A stretch of 64,000 nt of DNA, taken from a bacterium. GTDB lineage: Bacteria > Chloroflexota > Chloroflexia > Chloroflexales > Kallotenuaceae. Position 1 is the stretch's first letter. Each line of letters starts with the position of its first letter. Location of the stretch: NCBI GenBank assembly GCA_016781525.1, contig JADDQE010000117.1, forward strand, positions 4,039 through 68,038, read 5' to 3'. Below, piece by piece: positions 9,704 through 18,253 of the stretch. The translations under genes and the position numbers were made by a program. Under the pieces are notes generated by a model that was given only the letters and a program-made list of their open reading frames with translations, was not told the origin of the DNA and made no database searches.

Positions 9704-11575
9704 TCAGTGGTTATGCGGGGGAGGATTGCCCGCACGGTCCTCGCGCACGGACATCCGCTCAGACCACTCGTCGTTTTCGGCGAGCAGCAAGTTGCCCAGC
9801 AACGTATCATCGCCGCTCCGCTCTGCGTCCCCGTTCGTCGCTCCTGCTTTGCGTGCTTGCAATTGTTGCAAGATTTCTTCGACATCCTGGCTGTTGAGCT
9901 CGTCGCGCTTGATCAACTCTTCCGCGATCGCCTCGACCTCGTCGCGCCGTCGTTCGATTAGCGCCTTGACCTCGGCGTACTGCTGCTGGAGGAGCTCCTC
10001 GATCTTGACCTGCATCTGGGGGCTGACTTCCATTTGTGGTGAGAAGACGAATGGGTTCAGGATGTTACCCTCCATGCCCCACTGGAATAAATAGCGGGCT
10101 GCTTCTTGTGTTGCCGTGCCAAAGTCACCCCCGACTCCGCTCAGGCGCGTGCCAAGAAATACCTCTTCGGCGGCTCGGCTGGCAACCGAGATACGAATGC
10201 TGGCCAGTACTTCCTCACGTGTTGCCGCTCCACCGAATGTTTCCTCGGTCGGCTTGGTCGAGGAGAAGCCACCAACGCCCGATCCTAAGTTGCCGTAGCG
10301 CATCAGCGTCACCTTGGCAAAGCGATGGCGGGTAATCGGCGCGTACTCCAGCTGCGCGATGGTATGGCCGGCCTCGTGATAGGCAATCCGCCGCTTGTCG
10401 AGCAGTGACATCGCTTTGACGGGCTGGCGTAAGCCATATTCATGGGTGTCGCGGGCTCGTGTAAAATCTTCGTAGGTAATTGAGCGTCGTCCGTTGAAGT
10501 GCGCGTGGACCACGCTCTCATTGATTACATACTTGATGGCGACGGGCGTGTAGCCCTGGGTATCGTTGACCATCCGTTCGATGTCGATGTTGGGATCGTG
10601 CAGCACTTTGTTCAGATAGTAGTGCAGGACCTCACGGCGGCCTGCCGCGTCCGGAGCATCCACGCGAATCTTGCGATCAAAGCGGCCCGGTCGCAGCAGC
10701 GCGGGATCGAGCGATTCGGCAAGATTCGTCGCGGCAATCGTCAGCACCGGTGGCATATCCGCTTTGGCCCGGCGCAGACCGAGCCAGCGCAGAAAGCGCG
10801 CCCAGCGGCTTTGGTCAGCCGGCGGAGGATCCATCTGCATCAGCAGCTCGTTCAGAAGCCCGACACCGCCGCCCATGCCGCCAAGAAATCCACCAAAGAA
10901 GCCACCCTGGCCCTGTCCTTGCTGCCCGCTGCGGGCCATGCCAATCGCGTCAATCTCGTCGATGAACAGGATACAGGCGCCATACCTCCGCGCCATCTTG
11001 CGTGCCTTGCGATAGAGCGCCATCACCTTGAGGTTGCCGACACCAAGGAACATGCTTGTCATCGAGGGTGCGGATAGGTAGCCGAACGGCAAGCCCGCCT
11101 CGGTCGAGATCGCCTGCGCCAGATAGCTCTTGCCGGTTCCGGGCGGTCCCACCAGCAGCAAGCCGCGAATGTGCTCGCCACCCATCGCTTGAAACTCTTT
11201 GACCCCACGCAGCAGCACGACGATCTGCCGTGCCGCTTCGAGCACCTCGGGATTGCCCTTATAGTCTTTGAACCCAATGCCTGTCTCGCCCGGCATGACC
11301 CAGTAGGTGCGCCCACGCGCCAAGAACCAAAAGATCGCGACGAATTGGATGATCGCGAACAGCATCGCGAAGAGCAAGCGGAGGAGTAGTCCAATTAAGC
11401 CCAGCACGGGCGGACCCCAGACCGCTCGGGTCGGCCACAAGAAGATATAGAACGACACTGCTAATAGGCCAAGCGCGATGAGGAAGCGCCAGCGCTGCCC
11501 CATGGTGTCCAGAAAGCCTTCGAGTGCTTCGTCGATTTGCGCATCGAGTTCGCTGCGCTTGGTGTTGATAGCCAT
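9704..11575 (-). CDS. FtsH-family AAA+ zinc metalloprotease paralog
   Basis: Walker A GPPGTGKS, Walker B ILFIDEID, pore loop MFLG, PGRFDRKI, protease HEAGH; N-terminal TM helices; Gly-rich and basic insertions in the AAA module. Confidence 0.8.
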   Translation of the reverse strand: MAINTKRSELDAQIDEALEGFLDTMGQRWRFLIALGLLAVSFYIFLWPTRAVWGPPVLGLIGLLLRLLFAMLFAIIQFVAIFWFLARGRTYWVMPGETGIGFKDYKGNPEVLEAARQIVVLLRGVKEFQAMGGEHIRGLLLVGPPGTGKSYLAQAISTEAGLPFGYLSAPSMTSMFLGVGNLKVMALYRKARKMARRYGACILFIDEIDAIGMARSGQQGQGQGGFFGGFLGGMGGGVGLLNELLMQMDPPPADQSRWARFLRWLGLRRAKADMPPVLTIAATNLAESLDPALLRPGRFDRKIRVDAPDAAGRREVLHYYLNKVLHDPNIDIERMVNDTQGYTPVAIKYVINESVVHAHFNGRRSITYEDFTRARDTHEYGLRQPVKAMSLLDKRRIAYHEAGHTIAQLEYAPITRHRFAKVTLMRYGNLGSGVGGFSSTKPTEETFGGAATREEVLASIRISVASRAAEEVFLGTRLSGVGGDFGTATQEAARYLFQWGMEGNILNPFVFSPQMEVSPQMQVKIEELLQQQYAEVKALIERRRDEVEAIAEELIKRDELNSQDVEEILQQLQARKAGATNGDAERSGDDTLLGNLLLAENDEWSERMSVREDRAGNPPPHNH

Positions 11576-11632
11576 GCTTCCCTCCGCCGCCCCGTATTGG
11601 ACAGAATGCCGCGCACTTGCGAGAACTTGGCG

Positions 11633-12163
11633 TTATTCAATGTTGGTTATCTTACCGGTGGAGTTCAACGTGAATGTCCAAGGCGCTTGCATGGTGCGCG
11701 TGCCGTTCGACATCGACACAACCATGAGATGCACGCTGTTGCCGTCGTTGAGCGTGGAACCGCCGACATAGGTTGAGTCCGTGAACGTAATCCCGTTCAA
11801 CTTGGCATACGTAATGTTCCGTTCGGTGGTCGCAAACGCGTCCTGATCCTGCTTCAACGAGTCGTCCAAAGCTTCCCACATCAGCTCGATGTCGCCGTTC
11901 TTTTGGCCGTCGAGATACTTGGCAATCGCGTCCGGCCGGCCATCACTCGTTTGCACCGGCATACCGAGCCAGGCCAGTGGCACGCTGCCTGTCTCGATTG
12001 CAAGATAGCCACCAAGTAGCATCATGAGCAGAATAAGTGCAACAATCGGATGGCGGCGAATGGCGCGCCGTACCAAAATAATCCACTTGATGATGATGTG
12101 CAGGATCGCCTTGATGATTCGTCGAAGCGGATTGCGGCGACGGATGACGGCTGCTTGTTCCAT
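11633..12163 (-). CDS. single-pass membrane protein, unknown function, co-oriented 57 nt upstream of the FtsH paralog
   Basis: 176-aa ORF with basic N-terminus, one hydrophobic helix (IVALILLMMLLGGYLAI) and a soluble C-terminal domain; no family recognised. Confidence 0.5.
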   Translation of the reverse strand: MEQAAVIRRRNPLRRIIKAILHIIIKWIILVRRAIRRHPIVALILLMMLLGGYLAIETGSVPLAWLGMPVQTSDGRPDAIAKYLDGQKNGDIELMWEALDDSLKQDQDAFATTERNITYAKLNGITFTDSTYVGGSTLNDGNSVHLMVVSMSNGTRTMQAPWTFTLNSTGKITNIE

Positions 12164-12563
12164 AGACGCTACCCTTACTCACAGAACTAACCCGATCCAT
12201 GGAAAGTGGGGTCATGAATATCTCGTCAGAAGCGTTCGTTCAGCATTCCGCTTAAATGTCGAGTTGTCAATAGCGTATTGGAAGGGAGGCCCAGCGTTAT
12301 GCTGTGACCGACACCAAGCAAGAATGGAACCACCGTAACGGAAAAAGCTGGCTCTTCAAGCTATCCCGATATATTCGGCAGCAACCGATGTTCCCCAACG
12401 CTTGGACCCCCTGTCGCTGGCCTTTTCAGCTTATTGATCGGGCTGTTTGTCGCTAGTGGCTCACTGGAGCGGCTGGACCCCGCGGGATTTGCGCGAGCAG
12501 CCATGCGCCGAGTAGAATGGCCGCTAGGCAATGCGGCCGCGGATTTGGCCGGAGGAGGACAGA

Positions 12564-13640
12564 ATGGCATATGATGTAACGTTGATCCGAGGCGATGGTA
12601 CGGGACCAGAGCTCGTCGAGGCTACCCGGCGGGTGCTAGAGGCGACAGGCGTGGCTTTTAACTGGGACGTGGTCGAGGCCGGCGTCGATATTATGGAGAC
12701 GGCCGGTACGCCCCTGCCACCAAACGTCCTTGAAAGCATTCGGCACAACAAAGTTGCGCTCAAAGGCCCGATTACGACGCCAATCGGCACCGGCTTTCGC
12801 TCGGTCAATGTGGCGCTGCGCAAAGAGCTAGACCTCTACGCCTGTATCCGGCCATGTAAGCTGTATCAAGGCGTTCGGTCACGTTTTGACAACGTCGATG
12901 TGGTGATTGTGCGCGAGAACACGGAGGATCTGTACGCGGGTGTGGAGTTCCCAGTGGATAGTGCCGAGGCGAAGCAGATTATCGATATGGCCCCCGGCAA
13001 GATTCGGCAGGACGCTGCCATCTCGATCAAGCCTATCTCGCGCACCGGAACACGTCGTATCGTCAAGGCGGCTTTTGACTACGCCATCGAAAACAACCGG
13101 CGCAAAGTGACCGCCGTCGCCAAAGCCAACATCATGAAGTTTACCGACGGCCTCTTCTATGACGTGGCCCGTGAGGTGGCCCAGGAGTACGAGGGTCGCG
13201 TCGAGTACGACGAGTGGCTTGTGGACGCAATGTGTATGCAGCTTGTGCAGAAGCCCGAGAACTACGATGTGCTGGTGATGGGAAACCTGTACGGCGACAT
13301 TCTTTCGGACCTGTGCGCAGGGCTCGTCGGCGGCCTTGGCGTAGCACCCGGCGCAAATATTGGCGTGGACACGGCACTCTTTGAGGCAACCCACGGTTCT
13401 GCGCCGAAGTATAAGGGGCAGAACAAGGTCAATCCCACCGCGCTGATCCTTTCGGGAATGCTCATGCTGCGCTATCTCGGCGAGCGCGACGCCGCGGATC
13501 GGCTCGAGCAGGCAGTGGAAGCTGTGATCAGCGAGGGCAAGGATGTGACCTACGACATGAAGCCCAACCGCACTGATCCAACCGCCGTGGGTACTGCGGA
13601 GATGGCCGATGCGATCATCCGCCGGCTCCAAACGACATAG
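12564..13640 (+). CDS. isocitrate dehydrogenase, NAD-type (isocitrate/isopropylmalate dehydrogenase family)
   Basis: [16 protein letters not shown].., [17 protein letters not shown] motifs; start ATG 12564 behind GGAGGAGG. Confidence 0.85.
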   Translation: MAYDVTLIRGDGTGPELVEATRRVLEATGVAFNWDVVEAGVDIMETAGTPLPPNVLESIRHNKVALKGPITTPIGTGFRSVNVALRKELDLYACIRPCKLYQGVRSRFDNVDVVIVRENTEDLYAGVEFPVDSAEAKQIIDMAPGKIRQDAAISIKPISRTGTRRIVKAAFDYAIENNRRKVTAVAKANIMKFTDGLFYDVAREVAQEYEGRVEYDEWLVDAMCMQLVQKPENYDVLVMGNLYGDILSDLCAGLVGGLGVAPGANIGVDTALFEATHGSAPKYKGQNKVNPTALILSGMLMLRYLGERDAADRLEQAVEAVISEGKDVTYDMKPNRTDPTAVGTAEMADAIIRRLQTT

Positions 13641-13648
13641 TGCGCGAA

Positions 13649-13683
13649 GCTATCGATGGGCGCCCTCAGCGCCCATCGATAGC
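13649..13683. terminator. bidirectional hairpin between convergent genes
   Basis: perfect 15-bp stem GCTATCGATGGGCGC-cctca-GCGCCCATCGATAGC. Confidence 0.7.
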
Positions 13684-13699
13684 TCCTGCAGAGCTCTCA

Positions 13700-14260
13700 T
13701 CACTTCTTTCCCGACTTCCCTTTGCCCTTGCCTTTGCCCTTGCCTCGCCCCTCGTCGTTCTTGCGGTTATCCTCGTTCTCTTCGTCAGCTTCCGGCTCGC
13801 CGCCGCTATCCTCAGGCTGACCTGGTTCCTCGCTCGTGGGTGGAGCCTGCCCGGGTGCTCCATGTTCTAACTCTGGTTGAAGAGTCGGCAGCGTGGTAGC
13901 CGTTGGCGGAGCGGGTGGAGTTGGCGTGGCTCCGAGTACTGGAGCAATGGCTGACTCTGGACGTATTGATGGTGTTACCGCTGCGGTAGACGTCACGGTC
14001 GGCTCGTTAGCAGGTAGTGCCGGCGGAACGGCTCGCGCTAAGGCCGCCAGCGGCTGCCCAGTAGGTACGAACGTCGGAGATGGAGGCGGTGGAGTTGCTG
14101 TAGGCGCCTCTGCTGCAACCAGCCCTGCGTTCTCAGATGGTCGGTTAACCCCGTTGCTCTGGCCGGGGCGCCACATCGCCCAACCGAGTAGCGCGAGGAT
14201 CCCGACGGTGAGCAGAGCTGCAAGGCTGAGGTTGCGCAAGGTATGTAACCCTCTCATCAT
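13700..14260 (-). CDS. membrane-anchored Pro/Ala/Thr-rich low-complexity protein with KGKGKGKG tail
   Basis: ORF with one N-terminal hydrophobic helix (LSLAALLTVGILALLGWAMW) then PT-rich sequence; start uncertain (14260 or 14311). Confidence 0.45.
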   Translation of the reverse strand: MMRGLHTLRNLSLAALLTVGILALLGWAMWRPGQSNGVNRPSENAGLVAAEAPTATPPPPSPTFVPTGQPLAALARAVPPALPANEPTVTSTAAVTPSIRPESAIAPVLGATPTPPAPPTATTLPTLQPELEHGAPGQAPPTSEEPGQPEDSGGEPEADEENEDNRKNDEGRGKGKGKGKGKSGKK

Positions 14261-14334
14261 GGTCGTACGTCTAAGCAGAGAGTGTGCCCCGGCATAGGCC
14301 AGTGGTCGCAATGAATGTAGGTATAATGATCTTT

Positions 14335-14820
14335 ATGAGTGACGCAATTATTCTTTTTAGCCACGGAAGTGTGCTGTGCGGCGCCGGCCAGAACTTGGCA
14401 GAGCTCGCAGCGCGTATGGAGGCGCGCGGTGATGCCGCAATTGTTGATGTAGGTTATCTCAACTACACGGAGCCGCGTTTTCCAGAGACGGTCCGCCGCT
14501 GCGTCGAGCGCGGCGCGAAGCGCATCGCGGTGGTGCCCTACTTCCTGGTCGCGGGCAAGTTTGTGAAAGAAGATTTGCCCTCTTTTGTCGCTGCGGCGCG
14601 CGAAAAATATCCTGATGTCGAGATCCGCATGGCAGATGCTATTTGTTTTCATCCGACGCTCGCCGATGCACTGCTCGCCTGCGCCGACCGGGCACGCGAG
14701 CCAGGCGCATGGCGTGATACGAAAGCTCAGGCCGCGAGCTACTGTCGGGCGAGCGCACGCTGCCCTCTCTATGGCAGCGAGGACTGCCCGGCGACTCGTG
14801 CAGCGGAGGTTGTGGTATGA
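14335..14820 (+). CDS. cbiX: half-size class II chelatase CbiX/SirB, with Cys-rich C-terminal extension
   Basis: MSDAIILFSHGS.., VVPYFLVAGKF; C-terminal CADR..SYCRASARCPLYGSEDC (4 Cys); start ATG 14335. Confidence 0.75.
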   Translation: MSDAIILFSHGSVLCGAGQNLAELAARMEARGDAAIVDVGYLNYTEPRFPETVRRCVERGAKRIAVVPYFLVAGKFVKEDLPSFVAAAREKYPDVEIRMADAICFHPTLADALLACADRAREPGAWRDTKAQAASYCRASARCPLYGSEDCPATRAAEVVV

Positions 14821-15188
14821 AAAAGGCAATGCTTGTGATGGTGCACGGGTCGCCACGCCCGATTGCCAACACCGACATGTACTCGGTGGTAGACGTTGTG
14901 CGCGAACGCGGGCTCTACCCGGTCGTCGAGGTCGGCTTTATGGAGTGCAACGAGCCCTCGATTCCAGAGGCAATTGTCCGCTGTGTCGAGCAGGGCGCCC
15001 AGCGAGTGGTCGCAGTGCCCTACTTTTTGCACACAGGCAACCACGTAACTGATGACCTGCCAACCTTGTTGGAGCAGGCTCAGGCACAATATCCCAATGT
15101 AGAGTTTCTGATGGCTGACTATCTCGGCCACGATCCGTTGCTGGCCGATATTATCCTTGAGCGAGCTGCTCAAGCCCAAGTGGGATAG
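14817..15188 (+). CDS. cbiX: half-size class II chelatase CbiX/SirB (CbiX-S-like)
   Basis: LVMVHGSPR and VPYFLHTGNH motifs retain both catalytic His; ATGA overlap with the upstream paralog. Confidence 0.8.
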   Translation: MKKAMLVMVHGSPRPIANTDMYSVVDVVRERGLYPVVEVGFMECNEPSIPEAIVRCVEQGAQRVVAVPYFLHTGNHVTDDLPTLLEQAQAQYPNVEFLMADYLGHDPLLADIILERAAQAQVG

Positions 15189-15281
15189 GTTCTGGCGCAT
15201 CTACAATGCCGTCGCGGGGCTGCGCTAAAAAGTTCCCTTGCAGGCGCCTCAATTCCCGGAGACGAGAACCGGTAGCTGGAT

Positions 15282-15318
15282 GCGCCGTCGCATCAAGCGA
15301 CGGCGCCACTGGTTTTTG
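15282..15318 (+). terminator. intrinsic terminator after the cbiX pair
   Basis: GCGCCGTCGC-atcaa-GCGACGGCGC then cactGGTTTTTG. Confidence 0.7.
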
Positions 15319-15563
15319 CGTGTGCTTTCGGCTAGAACATTATCCTCACCCCGATCGTCTTGAGAGTAGTTGTGATTTTCCTGGTCGCCCGTAGCCCACA
15401 GGCGAGAGTTTCAGGGGCACAGCGGGGCAACTGGGCCAGGAGAGTGTTGCAGTAGCTGTGACTTACCCAGTGGCCTATAATAAAGGAAAATAGGTGCTCG
15501 AAAATTGTTGGCGTGCTCCAGTTAGCGGGAGCGGCAGATAGTACAAGAGGACTGCGAGATTTT

Positions 15564-16394
15564 ATGCATATCGTGCGTTCAAGACGAAAAGAGCTTACTT
15601 TGGTTGGTTTAACTGTTGTTGGCGCGCTTGTTCTGGGAATTGCGACGGCGAGCCTAACTGGGGGGAATGCTCCAGGCGCCGATGTTCAAATCACAACGTT
15701 CAACAGTAATACTGTTTCTCCCGCTACTACCGAAACAAGCACCGAGATCGGCGAAGTCGCTACGGAGCCGGCTGTTTCCGCCATGGAAACCCCAACACCA
15801 TCCGTAACCGCCACGCCTGTACCAGTTGCCGCAGAAACGACCGCTACCGCGCCCAGAGAAGAGCTATTTGTCCAGGAAACATTCGATGCGCCGGCTCCCG
15901 CCTTTCCCAGTCGCGAAACGACCAGGTGGAGCGTCGGCTATGTCGATCAGCGCTACCAGTTCAAGCTTAATGGGCAAACCTTGATTGGGGCATCTCTCGC
16001 GCTCCCTGCCGAAAATTATCGACTAGGCGTCGATGTTGCCGTGTCGCAGGGTGGTGCTGGGCTAGCCTTTTTGATTAGTCAACCCGCGACGCGCTACCAT
16101 ATCATTGTCAGCCCTGATGGTGCATACGCGATCGAACGGCTTGACAACAATGTTGCGACAAAAATTGTCGATTGGACCCCTAGCCCGGCCCTACAGAAGA
16201 AGCCTGGCGCGACCAATCGTCTGCAGCTGGAACGCCATGGTGATACCATCCGCTTTTTTGCAAATGATCAGCTGCTGACGGACTTCACGGTTCCAGCTGG
16301 CCAGTTCGAGCCTCAATTTGGTCTTGTGCTGACTTCGCGCACAGGGCAAGGTGAAGCTTCGTTTGATAACTTGCTTGGCGAGCGGCTGCCGTAA
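15564..16394 (+). CDS. membrane-anchored protein with C-terminal beta-sandwich (ConA/DUF1080-like) domain, function unknown
   Basis: ATG 15564 (MHIVRSRRKELTLVGLTVVGALVLGIA..), Thr/Pro/Ala linker, then about 170-aa domain; family assignment from general resemblance only. Confidence 0.5.
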   Translation: MHIVRSRRKELTLVGLTVVGALVLGIATASLTGGNAPGADVQITTFNSNTVSPATTETSTEIGEVATEPAVSAMETPTPSVTATPVPVAAETTATAPREELFVQETFDAPAPAFPSRETTRWSVGYVDQRYQFKLNGQTLIGASLALPAENYRLGVDVAVSQGGAGLAFLISQPATRYHIIVSPDGAYAIERLDNNVATKIVDWTPSPALQKKPGATNRLQLERHGDTIRFFANDQLLTDFTVPAGQFEPQFGLVLTSRTGQGEASFDNLLGERLP

Positions 16395-16471
16395 TCGCCC
16401 CACGCCAGCCGTCTCGCAGAATAATCCGCTTGCATTACCACCTAGATTCCAAAGAGCTGCCGAGCCTGTGT

Positions 16472-17257
16472 CTAGAAGCTGTGAACGGTCGTAGGATGCG
16501 ACCTGAGCTTGTCGGGGGCCGCTTCACGGATGAGGGCCCGCGCCAAGATGCCCGTCGGATCGATGAGCGGCAGTCCTTCAACCTCGTCACCGCCTAACGC
16601 CAGGGGTAGTTCCGTGCAGCCGACAATAATCGCCTCAGCGCCGCTTTGGCGAAGGTCCCCTACGATGGCTCGAAGTTCATGTTGCGCCTTCTCCCGGACT
16701 GGATTTGAATGAGTTTTGATACCATAGTCGGGATCATAGATCGCCGCGTGGACGCGTTCCTGCCCCGCATCGTCGGGGGTGATAACTTGGAAGCCGAGAG
16801 GCTCAAGGACCGCCTGATAGCTGCGCGCAGCATACGTCCCGCGGGTAGCAAGCAGCCCCAAATTTCGGTGATCTTGTCCCTGTTCAATTAAATAGCGTGC
16901 TACCTCTTCGATCAGGTGCAGTACCTGCACCTGTAGGCCCGCATCCGTAACTAGCCTACGAAGCTCATCAAAAATTTGCGGAGCATGCGCGGTGTTACAA
17001 GGCATGCCGATGATCGAGACGTCAAGCCGTATTAGCTCGCGTACGATTTCGAAAATTTCCTGCGCTGGGTTGACATTCGCTCGCCCTGCAATGTAGCCGG
17101 TTCGGTCTGGGATGCGCTGTGGGTATGACAGCAGGGCAACCGGAAGATGTTCGCTATCAGAGCTGGCTCGCGTCTCGTCAAAAATTTTTCGCGTCAGGTC
17201 TAAGCCTGCGTAGGGTCCCATGCCCCCGACGATGCCGATAATTTTCTTCTTTTCCAT
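16472..17257 (-). CDS. aspartate/glutamate racemase family protein
   Basis: IIGIVGGMGPYAG, GMPCNTAH and VGCTELPL catalytic-Cys motifs; start ATG 17257 behind GGAGA. Confidence 0.8.
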   Translation of the reverse strand: MEKKKIIGIVGGMGPYAGLDLTRKIFDETRASSDSEHLPVALLSYPQRIPDRTGYIAGRANVNPAQEIFEIVRELIRLDVSIIGMPCNTAHAPQIFDELRRLVTDAGLQVQVLHLIEEVARYLIEQGQDHRNLGLLATRGTYAARSYQAVLEPLGFQVITPDDAGQERVHAAIYDPDYGIKTHSNPVREKAQHELRAIVGDLRQSGAEAIIVGCTELPLALGGDEVEGLPLIDPTGILARALIREAAPDKLRSHPTTVHSF

Positions 17258-17580
17258 CGTCCTATCTCCATTGTTAGAAGCAGTCGGCTCAGCCAGGGGC
17301 TGTCTGCAATAATCAAGCCAGCTCGCCGCTAAAACTTGGCAATCAAGACACGTAATGTAAGCGAGCCGCAACGGCAAAATGGAGCGTTTATGAGGTTAAG
17401 CTGGGGTGTGGCAACAATGTCTTTAGACGTAGCCGACGTCAGTGTGATGATGCTATGGTGGGGCCAATTGACGAAAGGCCAGGTATCGCCACACGGAGGG
17501 TACGGCAAGCTGAAGTCGGGGTGGTAGTGCTAGCTGATGCAACGCTCTTGCGGTAATTCGTTCAGGAAACAGAACACGAA

Positions 17581-17608
17581 GCAGGGCGCGACAACCGTCG
17601 CGCCCTGC
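17581..17608 (-). terminator. hairpin 3' of Flp pilin 1
   Basis: perfect 12-bp stem GCAGGGCGCGAC-nnnn-GTCGCGCCCTGC, followed on the minus strand by UUCGUGUUCUGUUU. Confidence 0.6.
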
Positions 17609-17640
17609 TCCCGAGTAATAGCGATGGGGACGTCGAATTT

Positions 17641-17799
17641 TTACCTGCTGAGGCCGGAGTTGATCTGCGAGAAGACGGTCGAGACGCGCTTGCCGAGCAC
17701 CGACAGGATGCCGATGACGACGATAGCGATGAGCACCAGGATCAGTGCGTACTCAACCAGGCCCTGGCCTTCCTCACGAGCGAAAAAGTTGCGAAGCAT
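17641..17799 (-). CDS. flp: Flp/Fap family type IVb (Tad) prepilin, 52 aa
   Basis: not in ORF track (<60 aa); MLRNFFAREEGQGLVEYALILVLIAIVVIGILSVLGKRVSTVFSQINSGLSR; G/LVEY processing motif; AGGAGA SD 7 nt upstream. Confidence 0.85.
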   Translation of the reverse strand: MLRNFFAREEGQGLVEYALILVLIAIVVIGILSVLGKRVSTVFSQINSGLSR

Positions 17800-17975
17800 G
17801 AACGTTCTCCTAAGTGATGAATAATGGCAACTACCAATGCTTGTACTGTAACAAATACCGCGGAGCCCGTATAGTCAATCCTTGGTCACGCACAAACCCA
17901 GTACTGGGGGGTGGGCTGGGCAGGCAATTCTTCGGGACCGATGAGCTGTCCCGGCATCCGCCGCATGCATATAAA

Positions 17976-18014
17976 GAGACCGGAGTCCCCAGCACCTGCT
18001 AGGGTCTCCGGTCT
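17976..18014 (-). terminator. hairpin 3' of tRNA-Gln
   Basis: minus strand AGACCGGAGACCC..GGGACUCCGGUCU followed by CUUUAUAU. Confidence 0.5.
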
Positions 18015-18026
18015 TAATAATAAGCC

Positions 18027-18100
18027 TGGCTGGCGGACTAGGATTCGAACCTAGATTGACGGATCCAAAGTCCGCAGTCCTACCATTGGACGATCCGCCA
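18027..18100 (-). tRNA. tRNA-Gln (anticodon UUG), CCA encoded
   Basis: hand-folded cloverleaf: acceptor TGGCGGA/TCCGCCA, D arm GTCC-AATGGTA-GGAC, anticodon arm GCGGA-CTTTGGA-TCCGT, T arm CTAGG-TTCGAAT-CCTAG, discriminator G, CCA. Confidence 0.9.
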
Positions 18101-18253
18101 TCGCGGCTTTCCTGCGGTCGATGTGTAAAGCGTTTTCTTTGCGATGATCGCTGCAGGCGCATGGATTATACCAGAACCCAAACGCCCGATCAAATTCCTA
18201 GGTGCCACGGTGTATCAGCCCAAGTACTAGGGGCAGGCTGATCGCAGGTGTGA

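Noticed and set aside
13700-13760. Repetitive DNA cctttgcccttgcctttgcccttgcc.
   Set aside because: It is the coding sequence of a KGKGKGKG tail on the minus-strand Pro/Thr-rich protein, so it is coding low complexity rather than a separate repeat element.
17336-17527. 63-aa ORF and surrounding 380-nt gap between the racemase and Flp genes, examined for an RNA gene or small protein.
   Set aside because: No SD, no motif, and no convincing conserved-looking structure beyond a 5-bp hairpin.
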